A stretch of 64,000 nt of DNA from Lingula anatina (GCA_051362555.1 CM120645.1:21080001-21144000), one strand, 5' to 3'; shown: positions 1 through 14,812, numbered from the stretch's first letter. The notes: generated by a model from the sequence alone, not told the origin. A program made the numbers and translations.

Positions 1-163
1 AAGAAATGTGATAGTTTTTAAAGAAGGGTGATACGATTGGTAGATTCTTTAGCCTGCTGACGTTGAGGTCCCATTTCGACTGTTAAGTGTTTGGAATGAA
101 GCAGCAGATCTGCCTTAAGTTCCCTCTTTGAAAAAAAAAAACAATTGAATTTAATTAATTACT

Positions 164-167
<4 letters not shown>

Positions 168-222
<55 letters not shown>
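168..222. repeat. (TAA)n microsatellite
   Basis: Direct inspection. Confidence 0.95.
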
Positions 223-223
<1 letters not shown>

Positions 224-1723
224 TCGATTGATAATGAAAAATATTAAAGGGTAAATATTTTAGAAGTACCCTGTAAATTTCATTGCCAAGACTTCAAAAA
301 CGCACAAAAAAATCACTTAACAACATGCATAAATATTTACTTGTTATAAGTAATGATTATACAACATTTGGAGATGTGAAAAAAAGCTGTTTCAGACGTG
401 TCGGATTTCAATATACCCGTCCCCCATCTCCGAACTCTTTCATGAATCCACATAGTTCCTTTTTATCCGAAATACCAAATGAGACAAGACACGTGACTAG
501 AAATCGACGAAGATGAACCCCAAAGTAAAGATGTCAGAGGTTCCTAAGTTGCGGGTATCGATACACATGGAAATCACTGCCAGATTATTTTCCCAGAAAG
601 GATGCGGGAATTTTACTGGTCAGCTTCTTCGATTGGAGATTAGAAAAATGAAGCTGGCACGCATCGTGGGCGGTTGGCGCTGGGACCTTGCTGTTTCTCA
701 ATTGGACTTACCTTAAATCCCAAAATATGGCCCTGCCCTTTAAAATTTATCTTGACCTTAGATACATTGGTAGTAATCCCATTGTATGACATATTTTGCC
801 TGTTTTATAATAAGAAAGACATACTTTTTCAGATCAGTATTTCGTTTAGGTGGACTTCTTAAAATAGGCCAATTTTCATTTTGTTAAATACCGCATGATA
901 CAGATTGGCAGATTTTGACCAATTGGTATCAATTTCAAGGGAAATATAACCCCCCTCTAAAACACCGACATTTTCTGTTTCCATATAAATTAAAATATTG
1001 AAGGAATCTTGTTATATACAATTTGTCTCTGAGTTCACTGCAGATGAGAATATACTGATTGCAAAAAAAAAAAATAAATAAATCCGCTGCAGACCAAGTT
1101 GATAAGTTCGATCCAACTAAACTTAGTGTGAATTGTTCCGAATTTAGTCTTATCCTCCTTGTAATTTGCTTTGTAGACAGCGATGATTCTGACAAAATAT
1201 CGTCGCTTGTATGGTAGCAGGGGAATTGGATATTTAGGCTCTGTCAAGAAAGAAAATATAGACAAGAGACCTAAAAAAATCGTGAGTTCCTTAGATTTTC
1301 CGATAATTTCGTCGACAAATGGGATACGTACGATGCAGTTATCGATCTCCAAACGAATAGGCGTTTGTTGTTAAACGTTGAGGTACGATTATGGATGTGT
1401 CTAAGGAGACTGACTTTTCTTTTCCTTGAACACGCTATCTTTATGAAAAACCAATCCGGGTCCGGTTTTCCCAAAATAATTTAAACCCGAAACTTGGGCT
1501 AAACTTTTAGACTAAAATGCAGTCTTCTTCAGTTAAACAAATATCCAACACAGTCACAGTCTTTTGGTCTAAAACATAGCCACTACCTCCCTTAATAAAT
1601 TAGAGGCAATATCCCATTAATATGGATAAATATCGATTTATCTTAGGTAAAAGTAGACAAAAGATTAAACTGGGAGACCGGGGGGAGTACATCGACTTCA
1701 AAAAAAAAAAAAAAAAATGGGAA

Positions 1724-1947
1724 TGGATTGTATTCAGGCACAGCCTGGGAGTTGATTGTATTCAAGCACAGCCTTGGAGTGGATTGTATTCAGGCACAGC
1801 CTTGGAGTGGAATGTATCCAAGCACAGCCCTGGGAGTGAATTGTATTCAGGCACAGCCTTGGAGTGAATTGTATTCAGGCACAGCCTTGGAGTTGATTGT
1901 ATTCAGGCACAGCCTTGGAGTGGATCGTATTCAGGCACAGCCTTGGG
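1724..1947. repeat. 28-bp minisatellite, about 8 copies
   Basis: Unit gtggattgtattcaggcacagccttgga. Confidence 0.93.
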
Positions 1948-4900
1948 GCCAGTCTTGACTGGAAGAAGATTATTTCCCAAACGTAACAGGCACGCGGCGC
2001 ACCTGCCAGGCAGAGTGACAAGTTCAGAATCAACCAGTATGTGGTGATGACGACACAGGTGTCATCTGATCTCTCCCACACCTGGACCGGCCATTGAGGT
2101 GTGTGCTGGGATTACGGGCACCAGCAGAACCGCTGCAGCGCTGCGGGGCCCGTTTACGCTGATGAGTCCCTATTACTGCAGGACGGTTGTGAACTGGGAC
2201 CAGGTTTATTACAAAGGAAATTTGGGTTGAAATTTGGTCTAAAATTTGAGACCAAAAGTTGTCTACTTCAGCTAAAGATTACCATGGCCCATAAAATGCG
2301 TATTGGTCTCAAACATTAGCCAAGTCTTTAATAAAACAGGCGCAATATTTCATTAAATTGGGCTACAGTTTGTTTTTCCTTGTCTTAAAGTAGACTAAAT
2401 GTTGATTTCAAAAGTAATACAATTATTCTGGTTAATGTTCTTTTGTGTAACTGGTCCTTGGTTAAATAGGCATCCCTTCTAATGTAAAACAACAAAATAC
2501 CTACATTGATTGCAAGAATTTACTGTGACTAGTACAAGATGATTGCATAACTACATTCTTTGGTCTCAGCAAACAAATTCAGTATCGGCAGCCCTTTACA
2601 GTTTTACCGGCACTGCCTGAACGCAGGACAAATGCCAGAAGAATAAGAGCGTATCAAGATCGAGCAATGTGAACGCCTCCGACAAAAAAAAATCGCTTAA
2701 AAATGGGAAGTGCATCTCCCGCTGCTTGTCATTCAGCCATTGTGTGTCGTCTGCTTGTCAAGTTTGCCTTTTCTCCTCTAATGGGACAAAAGATGAAAGA
2801 AGAAAATGAGGCGTACAGTCAATAAACAGATCATTTGCCCGCCCGACGCCCTGTTGGTTGAGGCTTCAAACGGAACACGATCGCCGGTGATACATAAATA
2901 ATTGAGATTGACGACATTTGATATATGGATAATTTCAATTTCCAAAATCAACGCATGAAAGAGAGAAAGAAATGAAAAGAAAAATGAGTTTGATAGAAAC
3001 AACCGTTAACTAGATTAGAATACTAGCACTAAAAAGGATACTAAAAGTGTCCTAAATCATCTTAATTTATAATGAAGATATCAATAAACTATCAAAAATC
3101 ATAACAGCCTCTCTCTTGTGCACACACAAATGCACAGTGTATTACCTCGGTAAAGTAATTAATAAAATAAAACGTTTTAATGCTGCCTTTACGATAAAAT
3201 ATAGCTTTACTTGACGATATCATTATTTTCCTAAATCATTTCTGAACTACTGATTTTTATAGTTTGAATAGTATCATTTGTGAGTTAGCAAAGAAATAAG
3301 TTCTATCACAAACAGAACACCCACACGGGTTATTTATTTTACCCAAGCAGTATTTTCCCTTTCAGTATTTATTACTCTCCCGAAGGGAAAGCCACCAATG
3401 AACTCCAGTATTTTTTTGCGTGTCAACCGAAAATTTATTGTTTGAAAGATAACCTTTTGTCCTGTGAGGAATCTTTGGTAATTTAAGAAATTCTTTTCAG
3501 ATTTGCCTGTCATTTACAAAAGAATTGTTTGTTGTGTGGTTGATATGGTGAATACCGTGTCAGTGGAAGGGTCGGGGATTTTTATCTTGTTTCGACTGTC
3601 GAGATTATTTTCCGCATCGCCGGTAATCTGCAGATAATGGCCCGTGCATGAGGTATGAAATGTCATTGCTATTTGAAATGATACGCGCGTGATGTCACTC
3701 CCCGTCTTTCAGAGCATGTCACCATATTTCATAATGACTATATGTAACTGATGAAAGATAAGCCCGGATGTGTTGAACTTTTTATGGGTTTATATCGCCT
3801 GGATATACAGCATTTACCAAAACTCAATTGTTACAAACAGTTTTATAGTTTACCTGGCATTATAAACGGATGCCTTAAATACACAAGCTAAATTTCTTGT
3901 TCTAATTTATTCCTTTTTTCCATAATATATATCTCTTTGTCTATCTGAATGTTTGTTTCTCCGTCTGTCAATTGTCTTTTTGTTATTCACTTCATTTGCC
4001 CCCTCCCCTTCCTCTTTCTCTCTCTCCTGAAAACTATCATTTTCGCAAACCGCCCATTAGTCATAGTTGGAATCTAAAAGCCGGCACTCGAAATAAACTA
4101 AAATAGAAAAGAAATTGATATTGATCAGTAGCGGCCTGCCTACATTACTAAGCTCCCGCCTCAGCCGCCTGGTCTCAGAAAAGAGCACGCAAATCAAAAG
4201 AAAGTTTGGAGAGCGATAAAAAGCTCTTGAACGCTGGGTTCGTTGCATTTAAATAATGGACAGGCAGACACATTTAGGTATTACACTGTTTAATGTCAAT
4301 ACACAGGTAAAGCAAAGAGGAAGTAACAATTTTATATCGACGTGTTCGTGATGTTCTTTTGCAATGATAGGATTTAAAGTGTAGGCATGTTGTTTGAAAT
4401 GGAACTCTATAGGGATGTTTTCATCCATTTAAAAAGGAAAGGTTTTGTTGTCTGCGTTGGTGAATCAACTGCGATGGAATTGTTACTTCTAAAATATAGG
4501 AACTATATTCTCAGCGCATGACTGGCGTTTGTATGCATATAATTGAAATTAAAAAAAAAAAAAACACACACACACACACAAAACAAATTAGACGGTACTC
4601 TTATAACAACGAATAAAAGAACTAGCTTAAGCAATTATTCGTGATTTATGCTAGCACGTCAGTTCCTTTGATCCAAAGGTTCTTTGATCTAAAAAGAGAA
4701 GAAAGTTTTAGATTAAATCTACACCGTTTAGGTTGGTATAACGAAGATTCATAGATTTGCCAAGCAGTCGAGACAACCTACACGGGTTGTAGGGTGCAAC
4801 AGACCGACTGACCGCCCAAAACGACCTCCATGGGTGTCAGGTATGACAGATTACCGGTTGTGAAGGCACGTGCCCGGTGTTCTGTAGATAGTGTGCTTTT

Positions 4901-6884
4901 CAGCGATACAAGGTGCTCTTATTCTCTATCTCTCTCTCTCTCTCTCTCCCCTCTCTCTCTCTCTCTCGTCACATGCGAGGGATGTAAGCAAGCTTGTAAG
5001 CTCTAAACTAAACGCATGAACCGACGTCCATAGTCACATAGAAAGTGTCATTGCATGCTTACACACACGGACATGTTTGCACAATCGGACACATATACAA
5101 CCTTAATATTTGTTTATATATATATATATATTTTTTTTCTTCTTTGTTTCTGATATATGTACAAAGAACGGTGACTTGTAGGCCCATGAGGCCGGGTGAT
5201 GTATTTATATCACATGTCACGTTAATAAATAAATACTTTATACATTTGTACGCGCTGATACTGGCTGATAACCCGATTGTCTGGATAGAAATGATCATGA
5301 TTTTGCTATTGACAGTTTGAGTGATAGTCCGTCACATAGACCTCTCCATGGTTCATAGATTAACAAACGAATAATTGACAGACTGACAGAATGACCAATG
5401 AGTGGATAGATTTTCCGTTTGACCGGAGCTGCTTCTCTCACTGTCCCGTGATGAATGGGACCATTGATTGACAGGTCCTTAATTCTGATTGATTGTTTTG
5501 TTTTTTTTTAACGACTTGTGTGGTAGCAGGCATTCGTTGACGTTCATATATACATGTTTGCTACATGTGGGGCACTATTATACTACTTGCTACTCTCTTT
5601 TAAATGAATTGGTTGTATGGGGTACCCTTGATCTAGGCCTAGCCTATATGTACTTTAATGACTTATAAAACATAATAAATAAGGGATATATTGCATAAAC
5701 TATTGGCCTTTCCTTCTACATGTGCTCGGCCCCCTCTTCTGACAACCATTTTTCTATGTCCATTGCCTTTTTACTGACAGATCTAGGGCTTTGAGGAAGT
5801 TTGACAGGGGCAGTAGCTATAACTTTACTACAGTATGATGAAAATTTGCTTGTTTTTTGTCATTATACAGTATGTGGGTAGATAAAGTGAAGACTAGGTT
5901 ATTTCAGAAGGATTTTGAGGGTCAGGTAGTAGATGTGAGACCCCCCCCCCCCCCCCGAGTCCGCCATTGCTTTTACGTCCTACCTGTTGTTTTATGGCAC
6001 GCGTTGTTCTACATTTCCATGGCAATTATAAATCCTTAATGGTTGGCGTCTTCTGTAGCCGACTGAAGAACATAAAATATTTCTTTCGTCTGCATTAAAA
6101 ACAACATGCCAACATAACGTTCATAAGTTCGCCATAATTAGACAGTGCGCTTTGTCGGTCCCTTTGATTTAGAAAGCGGGCTGTTTCAGTCTACTCAATT
6201 TCTATGGCATATGCTTTTCACTGTAAATTTTTCGCCATTCAGACGTCAACAAACATTGCGTTTTTTGAAGCGTTATACCACTGACGTCTCTTCACATGTT
6301 ACCTTAGTGCAGGCGTCTCTGATATGGGTTAAATATTTTATCATATTTTTCTTAAACCAATAAAAAAAGGTTTTACATGTACTTGATACTTTGGTGTATG
6401 TTAACTACGAAAAAAAGTAATAATAATATATCTAATAATATGTTTAATGATATATTTAATAATATATTAATGTTAATTTTAAATTCCAAATCTGTTCAGT
6501 AGCATTTACAATTAGTACAATTATGTGCGGTACATATATAACAGTTTGACGAACTGAAAAGGCACAACGCCAAGCAATTTTGCACCACTCATATTGACAG
6601 CGCTCGAAATTCATAAGGTAATTTTTACTTTAAATTGAGCTACTACACTGAATTCAGCCGACGGAGTTGAAGAGGGGGGTGCACAAGGTTAAAGAAAAAA
6701 TTCAAATAGTTGACGAGGATAATTTTACTGTAATATTAAGTGCACAGTGATTTAAAATTGCTTGGTCTTGTCTCTTTTCTCTTATTATACTCCTTTTCTT
6801 CGTTGAGAGTACCAGTGGAAGTGGTTACTGGTACCTCCGATCTAAGTGGGGGTGGGTGGGTGGGTGCTGGGCACGCACTTGTAA

Positions 6885-7097
6885 GGGCTGTTTCCCAATG
6901 ACACTATCGTTCTAAGTAGATCAATCCAACACGCTTCCTCTTATTTCAAACAACCTCGTTTTAATCACCAGCTTTTCTGTATTCTACTCAACGCCAGGAG
7001 GAGGCGTCTTAATCTGTTGAACTGAATGCATTCAGCGAGAGCCGCTGTGGAGTTGGATCGACCTACGTAAAACTGTAGTTTCATTGGAAATGCGCTC
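6885..7097. mobile_element. Diverged MITE related to family 1
   Basis: gggctgtttcccaatgacacta... / ...tagtttcattggaaatgcgctc termini with gatc-containing subterminal motifs; a partial relative lies at ~24478-24520. Confidence 0.5.
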
Positions 7098-8057
7098 TGA
7101 GATCCGCCACAGTATTATATTATATATAAGGCATTTTGGTCATACTTCTATCAAAGTGGGATTTTTTAGTCGCCTTTTTCAAACAAAACGGTAATTAAAG
7201 AACAGCAATATTCCATGCAGCGGTGAACCATCTCATTACGACGGCTAACACTACCCACAGTTTTCCTTAACCGGGCGATTTTCAAGCACCATCAATAAAA
7301 GCCTTGCTGATAATAGAAGATATACTATGGGCATAAATCACGATTATCAGTTATCAAATAAGAAAATATTGGATTTTGCGATCTTTTATCTGCAGATCCG
7401 TGTACTCAGCAGTTGGTTCCCATTTTGCAATGATTTCCTGTCATAGATTTGGTGAATACGCAGAATGCAAACATGTAACTTCATTCAAGAGCAAACCACT
7501 TTTGCACATGGTATACCAGACTGCATGTAAAAGATTCTCTAGGGACGGTTGGAGAAGAGCGGTTGAACCATTCTTGTGAACCAAGAAATGGACAAACAAG
7601 CAATCTAGGCAATAATAATCTACATTTTGTAACGCACTCTTCTAAAATCCATATTTTGCTCGATTATTTTTGAAATAACTGACAATTTAAAAACCACCTT
7701 ACTGAAATATGATGTAGCATCCCTTCATTGAATATATTAATACCATAACTTTTCATTTCAAAATGATTCTTTTAACTTCGTATTTTATTTGCAAAGTCTA
7801 CAGAAAATATTTTTATGGATTCAAGACTCTAAATAGATATATCATAATTATACATTCTAGTGCTTACATACATATATGTTATACTTTCCGCGTTTTACCC
7901 TTCCCCAGGTCATATTTTCGAATCCTAACTCTACATATCATGCAAAGCTGCCTATCTTTTCCAATTCAGGCCTTAAAAAACGAGAAAACTATACACTATG
8001 TTCATATCGAACTTGTACAACTTTTACTTCAATAACTTGTACAATTAATACATAGAT

Positions 8058-8228
8058 CAGGTCCGTAGCCAGCAATTTCAGAGGGGGGGTTCGTTTTCTG
8101 AAAAAGTGGACCTTTTACCATAAAATCCTCAAGTACATAGGTCAAATTTTACCCAGAGTGGACCTTTTCCCAGCAAAAAGGGTGGTTCTTCCAAACCCCC
8201 CGAACCCCTCCCCCCGGCTACGAGCCTG
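8058..8228. mobile_element. MITE family 2 (CAG termini, 5-bp TSD), copy A
   Basis: TIR caggtccgtagcc/ggctacgagcctg; TSD tagat; homologous to 18597-18762. Confidence 0.85.
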
Positions 8229-8276
8229 TAGATCAATCCCAGCTTTATACTGATGGTTGATTCCCCTCTTTTACAG

Positions 8277-9336
8277 GAGGCTTTGCAGGCAATGCCAAAG
8301 CGCGAGAAAGAAGGGACAGAGACGTAACATGTCCCTCCAGCAGTTCCCAGGTACGAGAAGAGATAAAGAGCTGCACACAGAATTACAATCAGCACCTGGG
8401 GCAACTGACAGCAGGACCAAGGTTTCTGTATTCTGGGGTCGACGTTGAAGCCATCAGAACATTCTGCCAGTAAGTCTGCCTTGCTAATAATATGATTTTG
8501 CTAATAAAATAAGGGTAATATGAATGAAAAATTGCATTGCTTCGCTAGAAAAAAGTAATTGGGACAGAGAGATGAAGATGGTTTGGTTTGGTCTAAAATC
8601 GTGCGTTGAATTGTTTCTAAGGGAAAAGAGAGGAGGGGTAGAAATGAAAACATCCGTATCTTAGAGGGTGGTTCATGTCCGCTCTGCCCCCTCCCCCAGG
8701 ATCCACCAATAAACTTGATGTCTGATACGTATAGCATAGTGTAAAATCATTTTATCATAAAAGCATCCCATCTTTATTTAGTGTTGAAGCCGCTAAGTTT
8801 TGACAGCCATTTTGTCTTTTGAGGCCATTTTGGAAAACCAAGGCTGATAAGGGGCAATGCGTACACGATATCATGGCATGATTCTTTGAAAGTAGAAAAT
8901 CGCGTGTGGCACGTTTGGAGGACATTCGCGATGAAATTAATGCAACATGACAAATGAATGTCTTACGCAAGGATTTCTGTCAAGACTTGCCTATAAATCC
9001 TGCTTCACAGGGTGTGTGCGTTTATGTAAGAAAAGATCTATGGATTACATCTTTTCATTTGAGTACACATAAGAGGTACATGTTGTCTACACGGGAAATA
9101 ATAGCATGAAGTGGACGAGGATAAGGGGAAAAGAAAATACTTGTGACATCTTGGCAGTTAGTTCCACTTAGCGCCGTAGTGTGTGAGATTTTTATGAGAG
9201 AAAATGTACCCGACTCTTGAATGTGATGCTGTGACGAAATGATATACTACACACCCAGTACAACGTACCACAAAGAACTCGTCTGGTAACATGTTAGTTG
9301 TCTGGTACATCGTAACAACTGTACGGCATGACCTAT

Positions 9337-9376
<40 letters not shown>

Positions 9377-9459
9377 AGAGAGAGAGAGACAGAGAGAGAC
9401 AGAGATGGGGAGAGAGATGGGGGGAGAGAGAGAGAGATGGGGAGAGAGAGAGAGAGGGG

Positions 9460-9545
<86 letters not shown>

Positions 9546-12500
9546 TGGGGAGAGAGAGAGAGAGGGGGGGGTTGGGATGGGGGGTGGTGAGGGAGGAAAG
9601 GGAGTTATGGAAGGAGAGGAGGAAGGTAAAGGGGAGGGTTATCTTATGGTTACTGATAGACACGCGTATTTAACAGCTTATAGCTGTTATTATATAATAA
9701 TGATAATGACAATAATGAGAAGAAGTAGGAGAGAAGGAAAAAGAAGAAAGCTTAACAATATTTCGTGAAAAAAATAGAAAAATCGAGCAGCACTTGACTT
9801 TGGCGTTTCCACCTCTCCAAACTCTTCAGAACCATTCTGCCCCGTTGATTTATAATACATTAAACCCCGGCCTACCCTTATAAATACCAATAAGTGTCAG
9901 GTTTCAAACATACGATTACCGCTTAAAACCCAATAACAAGTAAATAATGATGAAGAATTTAATTTCAGATAACAGGATACACGTATGGTAGTCCTCTGGC
10001 TGTTTGGCACTTGCCAGTTGTGTGTTTTTTCTATTAATTTATAGTGCTTAAGCAAACATGCTGCGTGATACATACTTCGAAGACCACTTAATGTTTCGAG
10101 GTTGAGCGAGGACGCCAGAGGAATGCTATTTGAAAGGATGGGTATTAGTTGAGCGAATGCTGGGATATGGTATTGTCTTCCAGCCATAGTAGCCTCGGCA
10201 CAACTCGGACGTTTTCGGAAAGGATATTTTTTCGAGTAACGGGAAGATATGAGTTTAGCAATGTTCATATAAATTTCAGCTAATAAAGAATAAATAGTTT
10301 CCATAAGATTTATCCGATAACCGATAACTGGAGTTTTAAGACGGAAGGTTGTGCTGTAAATAAGATGCAAAACTTAGGGTGATAATTCTGGAATAAAACG
10401 CATACGACCTCAGCTGTTTGCTGAGGTTCATGTCATGCTTTTAAACGTAAGAGTAATACATTTTATTATTATCTTATTATTATTAAAGACCTATACAATA
10501 CAATTTATCACCCTCGTATTAGGCAGAGAAGTACTGAGCCCCTTTCTCCAACATCAGCGTGATCATAAAGCAGAAAATGGGGAAGATAACTTGATGGCTC
10601 TTAACAATAAAAAGTATATACAGTTTCTGCTATTAAGTACCTTTCAAGCGGCAGGGGTCCGTACTCAAAGGACAGTATTAGTTAGCACGGACAGGTGGCA
10701 ATAAATAAACCATAAACCGTATAAACCCACATGGTCTCACAATCCTGATCTGACATTTGATATTTTGAAGCAGCAAAATTTCTGACCCGTACACCCCAAA
10801 AAACAGCCTGCGTGTGCATCCACGTGTAAAGTTCGCCAGGTGTGCAGATTTGAGCTTCGAAGGGACACCCTGACATTCAGGGTCTTGATGGTGATGGAGA
10901 ACGAAGAAGATAAATGATGTGTACTCTTGTGTTTATTGTCTATACTTCTATACACAGGGTGGTAAGCCTGATATTCTTCCCCCGAGGAGTCAATTTTATG
11001 ATATGCCCATACATGACATAGAATTAGGAGCAAATTACTGATGTAAAGGACAGATTGGGATTTTAAAAATATTTATTCATACATATGTGTGTGCATTTAA
11101 TCATGTGGCGTTCTTAGATTCATTCAGTGAACAAAAACACCTTTACTTCGGGGTATAGTTGCTGCATTAAATCTACTTCTGTTTGTTTGTGATAGTGGTG
11201 ATCAGTATTCAAGCAGCATTTTTTCTTTTCCTTTTTCATTTTTTTCATGGGTACTTGGTGTCTTCTGTTTGGAGGAAACCTTCAGTCCATTAAATAAACA
11301 AATTAGATCAAACTGAGGAAACCATTGCAAATAGGCATCTTTGAAATCCACACCACGCATACCTTAACGACAATGGTGACGCCACGGCAATCTACACGTG
11401 TTGTGACGTCATTTTAAACAATGACGTCAAAACATAATTGTCGCGTCACAGCAGGATTTCTTGTCATTTTAGTACGAATGTTAACCGCTCATTTTGAATA
11501 TATAAATCGCTGCTTCCTTTGTGTTCCCGGTATAAGTGGTATAACATTCACTTTAAATAGGTTCAACCGCTTATGTCAGGACACAAAACTCTGAAACAAA
11601 AAGAAAGCGACTGGAAAATCGATCTACGCACTTTATGTTATTTGTTCACCATGAATCCAGGGACCTTCACAGATTTAATTGATAGCGCGGGATCCTCGTA
11701 GACTTATGTATTGCAAATACCATTTCCTTTTAATAAGCATGTTCACTTTTTTAAAGTAATATTAAGATTTTATCAACTCCTTTTTTTCTATTTGTTATAG
11801 TAGCGTAAATGGAATTGGCCAATGGATATTACGTGCGTAACATGTCTGTTCAACCATTTAAGCACGTGCACTCGAGCCCGCACGCGCACACACACACGCG
11901 CGTGCTTTACTGCTTTACTAAAATATACTTTACTTAAATATTTTTCAGGGGATACGATCAAGGAACCCGGTGTCTCGAATTTATGATCAAAATGTGCCCA
12001 GAGACGAAGTCACAAGTCCAAACTTATTTATATAATATGACCAATTTTCAAGAACTCTGCACCCATCCTAAACTATACGAAGGTAACGGTAATAAATTTT
12101 ATATGTTTCAATGTATTGTATAAATGGTGTATTGAAACGTCTTAAGGGGAGTTATCTTGAAATTATTTGTGTTGTTTTCACTTTTTTACACAATGGACAA
12201 TACTCATACCTTATTTGAATTTTAATCAAGCTTTCTGAGAGCATAATTTCTCGTTGTTTAAAGGAATCAAATATTTACTCCTTGCACTGTATAATTAACA
12301 GCTTTTAAGAAGCCGTCTTTAAAAACTTTTACAAGGATCCGTTTCCCTTTATACAATTAGCACAATATTAGAGCACAATATTTGAAATACCACTTTAACT
12401 TTTTACTTTCAGTGTATGCCATGCATCAGAATTGTTACATCGCACAAAAAAAATATTCCGAAAATTGCTATCGTACGTATTACACAGTTTCTGATGACGT

Positions 12501-12632
12501 CACGTATAATGCTAAAATTGGACAACAAGCCGCTGTGCAGATTGTTTGTATGTAAGTAAAATATTTTTTAGTATTTTGCATGGTTCTTTTTCATGGTATT
12601 GTCAAAGTATAAAAGATAATACCATGAACCTT

Positions 12633-12690
<58 letters not shown>

Positions 12691-13063
12691 GGGGGATTAA
12701 TGAAGCAGGCTTTATATTATCAGCAATATGACATTATCGGAACTTCGGAGGATTAACAATTAATTTAGAAGCTCAATGGCAGGCGTTGTGAATGCAAGCA
12801 TATTTTATGTTCTTTTTATTACATTTAATTATTATACTTAATGGATATTTTATCAAAAACATGGTAAACCATTATTAAGGTCATCACAGGTGCGATTTTT
12901 TTTTACAGACGTTTGGACGACTTCCTAAACTGTGTAAAAGATAATATATTTGCTAAATGTGGTCCAGAAGCCTCCACTATAACTGATGTATTAGTGAACA
13001 CAGCGCTAGACCTCAGTCAAACTTGCTCAAGTAAAGCACTCGCTGGGACGTCAAAGGTACAAC

Positions 13064-13110
<47 letters not shown>

Positions 13111-13478
13111 TTATATTTGTTGTGTATATGTGTGTGTCACAATTGATCTTCTGGCGAATCCCGCACTGGTTTTAGTTTTTTTTTTTTTTTTTGCAAAGAA
13201 AAAGGTTTCAAATTAAGAAACAGAATCAGTAAAATCCAACCAAAGTGAAAAGAAAGTCATGTTCTTTTCTTTTTCAATTCAATCTATTTGTCTTTCATCT
13301 TCATTTTATTCAGAGCTCAGCTTCCGGAGCAACGTCGTCTCCCGGAGAAGGCACCAATAGACAGGAGAGCGCCAGAAGTACGGCCCACGTGCAAGACGCA
13401 CCCACGCTTACTCTTCTTTTCGTAAATGTTTGTTTACAACTTGGACTTGCATTTTTCCTCACCTGGAGGACATCGTGA
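8277..13478 (+). CDS. Uncharacterised Cys-rich extracellular protein with C-terminal hydrophobic tail (probable GPI anchor); 5' start/signal-peptide exon not located
   Basis: Five phase-consistent GT-AG exons: 8277-8469 (GFAGNAKARERRDRDVTCPSSSSQVREEIKSCTQNY...IRTFC), 11949-12082 (GYDQGTRCLEFMIKMCPET...ELCTHPKLYE), 12413-12551 (YAMHQNCYIAQKKYSENCYRTY...QIVC), 12909-13056 (RLDDFLNCVKDNIFAKCGPEA...SQTCSSK), 13314-13478 (Ser-rich linker, then TLTLLFVNVCLQLGLAFFLTWRTS-stop). Confidence 0.82.
9342..9563. repeat. Compound (GA)n microsatellite
   Basis: Direct inspection; source of the spurious ER-repeat ORFs. Confidence 0.95.
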
Positions 13479-14610
13479 ATAAATTACTCAACTCCAAGTT
13501 AGGCACCTTTTTCCAAGACGCCGTGGTGAAAAATAGTCTAAATCTGTGATGTTTGGTCTACATGGCTCCTGTCTCTGCCTCTGGCCCTTTCTGTCACTGG
13601 ACTTGTATCGAATGTAAAAAAAATACTGACATGAGACTTAAAAAGGAAGCAAAGACATAATCACAGAGAGAGATGATCAGAGAGAGAGATCGATGGCTTC
13701 GTTAAGACTTAATTCCTCTCAATGGTGTTTTGGTGGTGTCTTTTACTGTTACTGTGATCAATCATACTGACTGCCATTTTCTTCAGAAACATGTTTACTT
13801 CCAAGTGGATTGTCTCTCAGCCAAGAACACCCCATGATGTCCGAAGCCTCAATTGAAATACCATCTCTTTGGATATGTAAAAATATAGTGTATATAAACA
13901 TATTTAGCCTAATGCTGAGTTTAAAATCAAACGTAAGATATTCATAGACTTGGGTTGGCATACATATAAAGAGAGGGAGAAGGCGGCAGACGACAGACTC
14001 TTCTGAGGTGTTTTTGCGACAAAGTCATGGAGGGGAGTGAGATTCGAGGAAGCCATGATGGCTTCGAGCCCTTTGCAGGAGGAGACAGTTTGGCAGCATA
14101 TTCTTTGTAAAACTTTTTGCAAAGTTATGTAAATTTGCATTTTTGTCGACTAATGGAATAATTTAAGTTAATCGTTGCCTATGAAAGTTACTAGAGGTAT
14201 AAGTATCAAGTTCAAGACGCTCAAACCTATGCAAGCGTAAGCTTCAGAGCTAATTGTTTGCGCATGCGTGTCCCACGGCATGACGCCTTTGAGAAGAACA
14301 GTAATGGTAGGCCCATCCTACGTGCCAATCCGTGAACATGGCTGTAATGTTCACATCGCTTTATGCTTCAACTGGATGTAATGGTTCGTGTTATTTCTGG
14401 TTGTGAAAGTTTATGGAGTTCATTCTGGTCACATGACTTCAGGATGAGCGCGTTTTAGTGAGGCACAAGCGACATGCAATGCGCACGCACAGTGTGCCCA
14501 GACATAGGGTGGGTTTGTGGCACCGAGAATCCGAATATTGGGAATGGTTGCTCTTTTGATATTTGTTTTAATATTTTCTTATAGTAGAGAAAGCAACAGT
14601 CGCCATCCAA

Positions 14611-14812
14611 GGGTGCTTTCCCAGAGATTTAGATCGATCTAACTCCCTGGGGGTTCACGCTTAATTGCAGTCAGCGGAGCGGGCACCATAGTTAATTACC
14701 CCCTTACAGCTTTTAGTAGGCGGGACAGACGCTAAAGCCGGCTAAGCTGACAGTAATCTAGTGAGACTCCCCACAGGGATAGATCGATCTAAAAATCTAT
14801 GGAAATGGGGTG
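14611..14812. mobile_element. Tourist/Harbinger-like MITE, family 1, copy A
   Basis: Internal tagatcgatcta palindromes at both ends; body shared with 16697-16911 and 25296-25524; 3-bp flanking duplication CAA. Confidence 0.8.

Noticed and set aside
3501-7452. Candidate start/signal-peptide exons for the Cys-rich gene (3501-3652, ~5554-5612, ~7397-7451)
   Set aside because: None gives a hydrophobic signal peptide ending at a phase-1 donor without a stop; left unresolved
9247-9768. ORFs of 112-146 aa rich in ER or SL repeats
   Set aside because: Translations of a (GA)n microsatellite inside an intron; no splice or homology support
9897-10370. 157-aa - strand ORF
   Set aside because: No recognisable motif or splice context; lies antisense within an intron of the + strand gene
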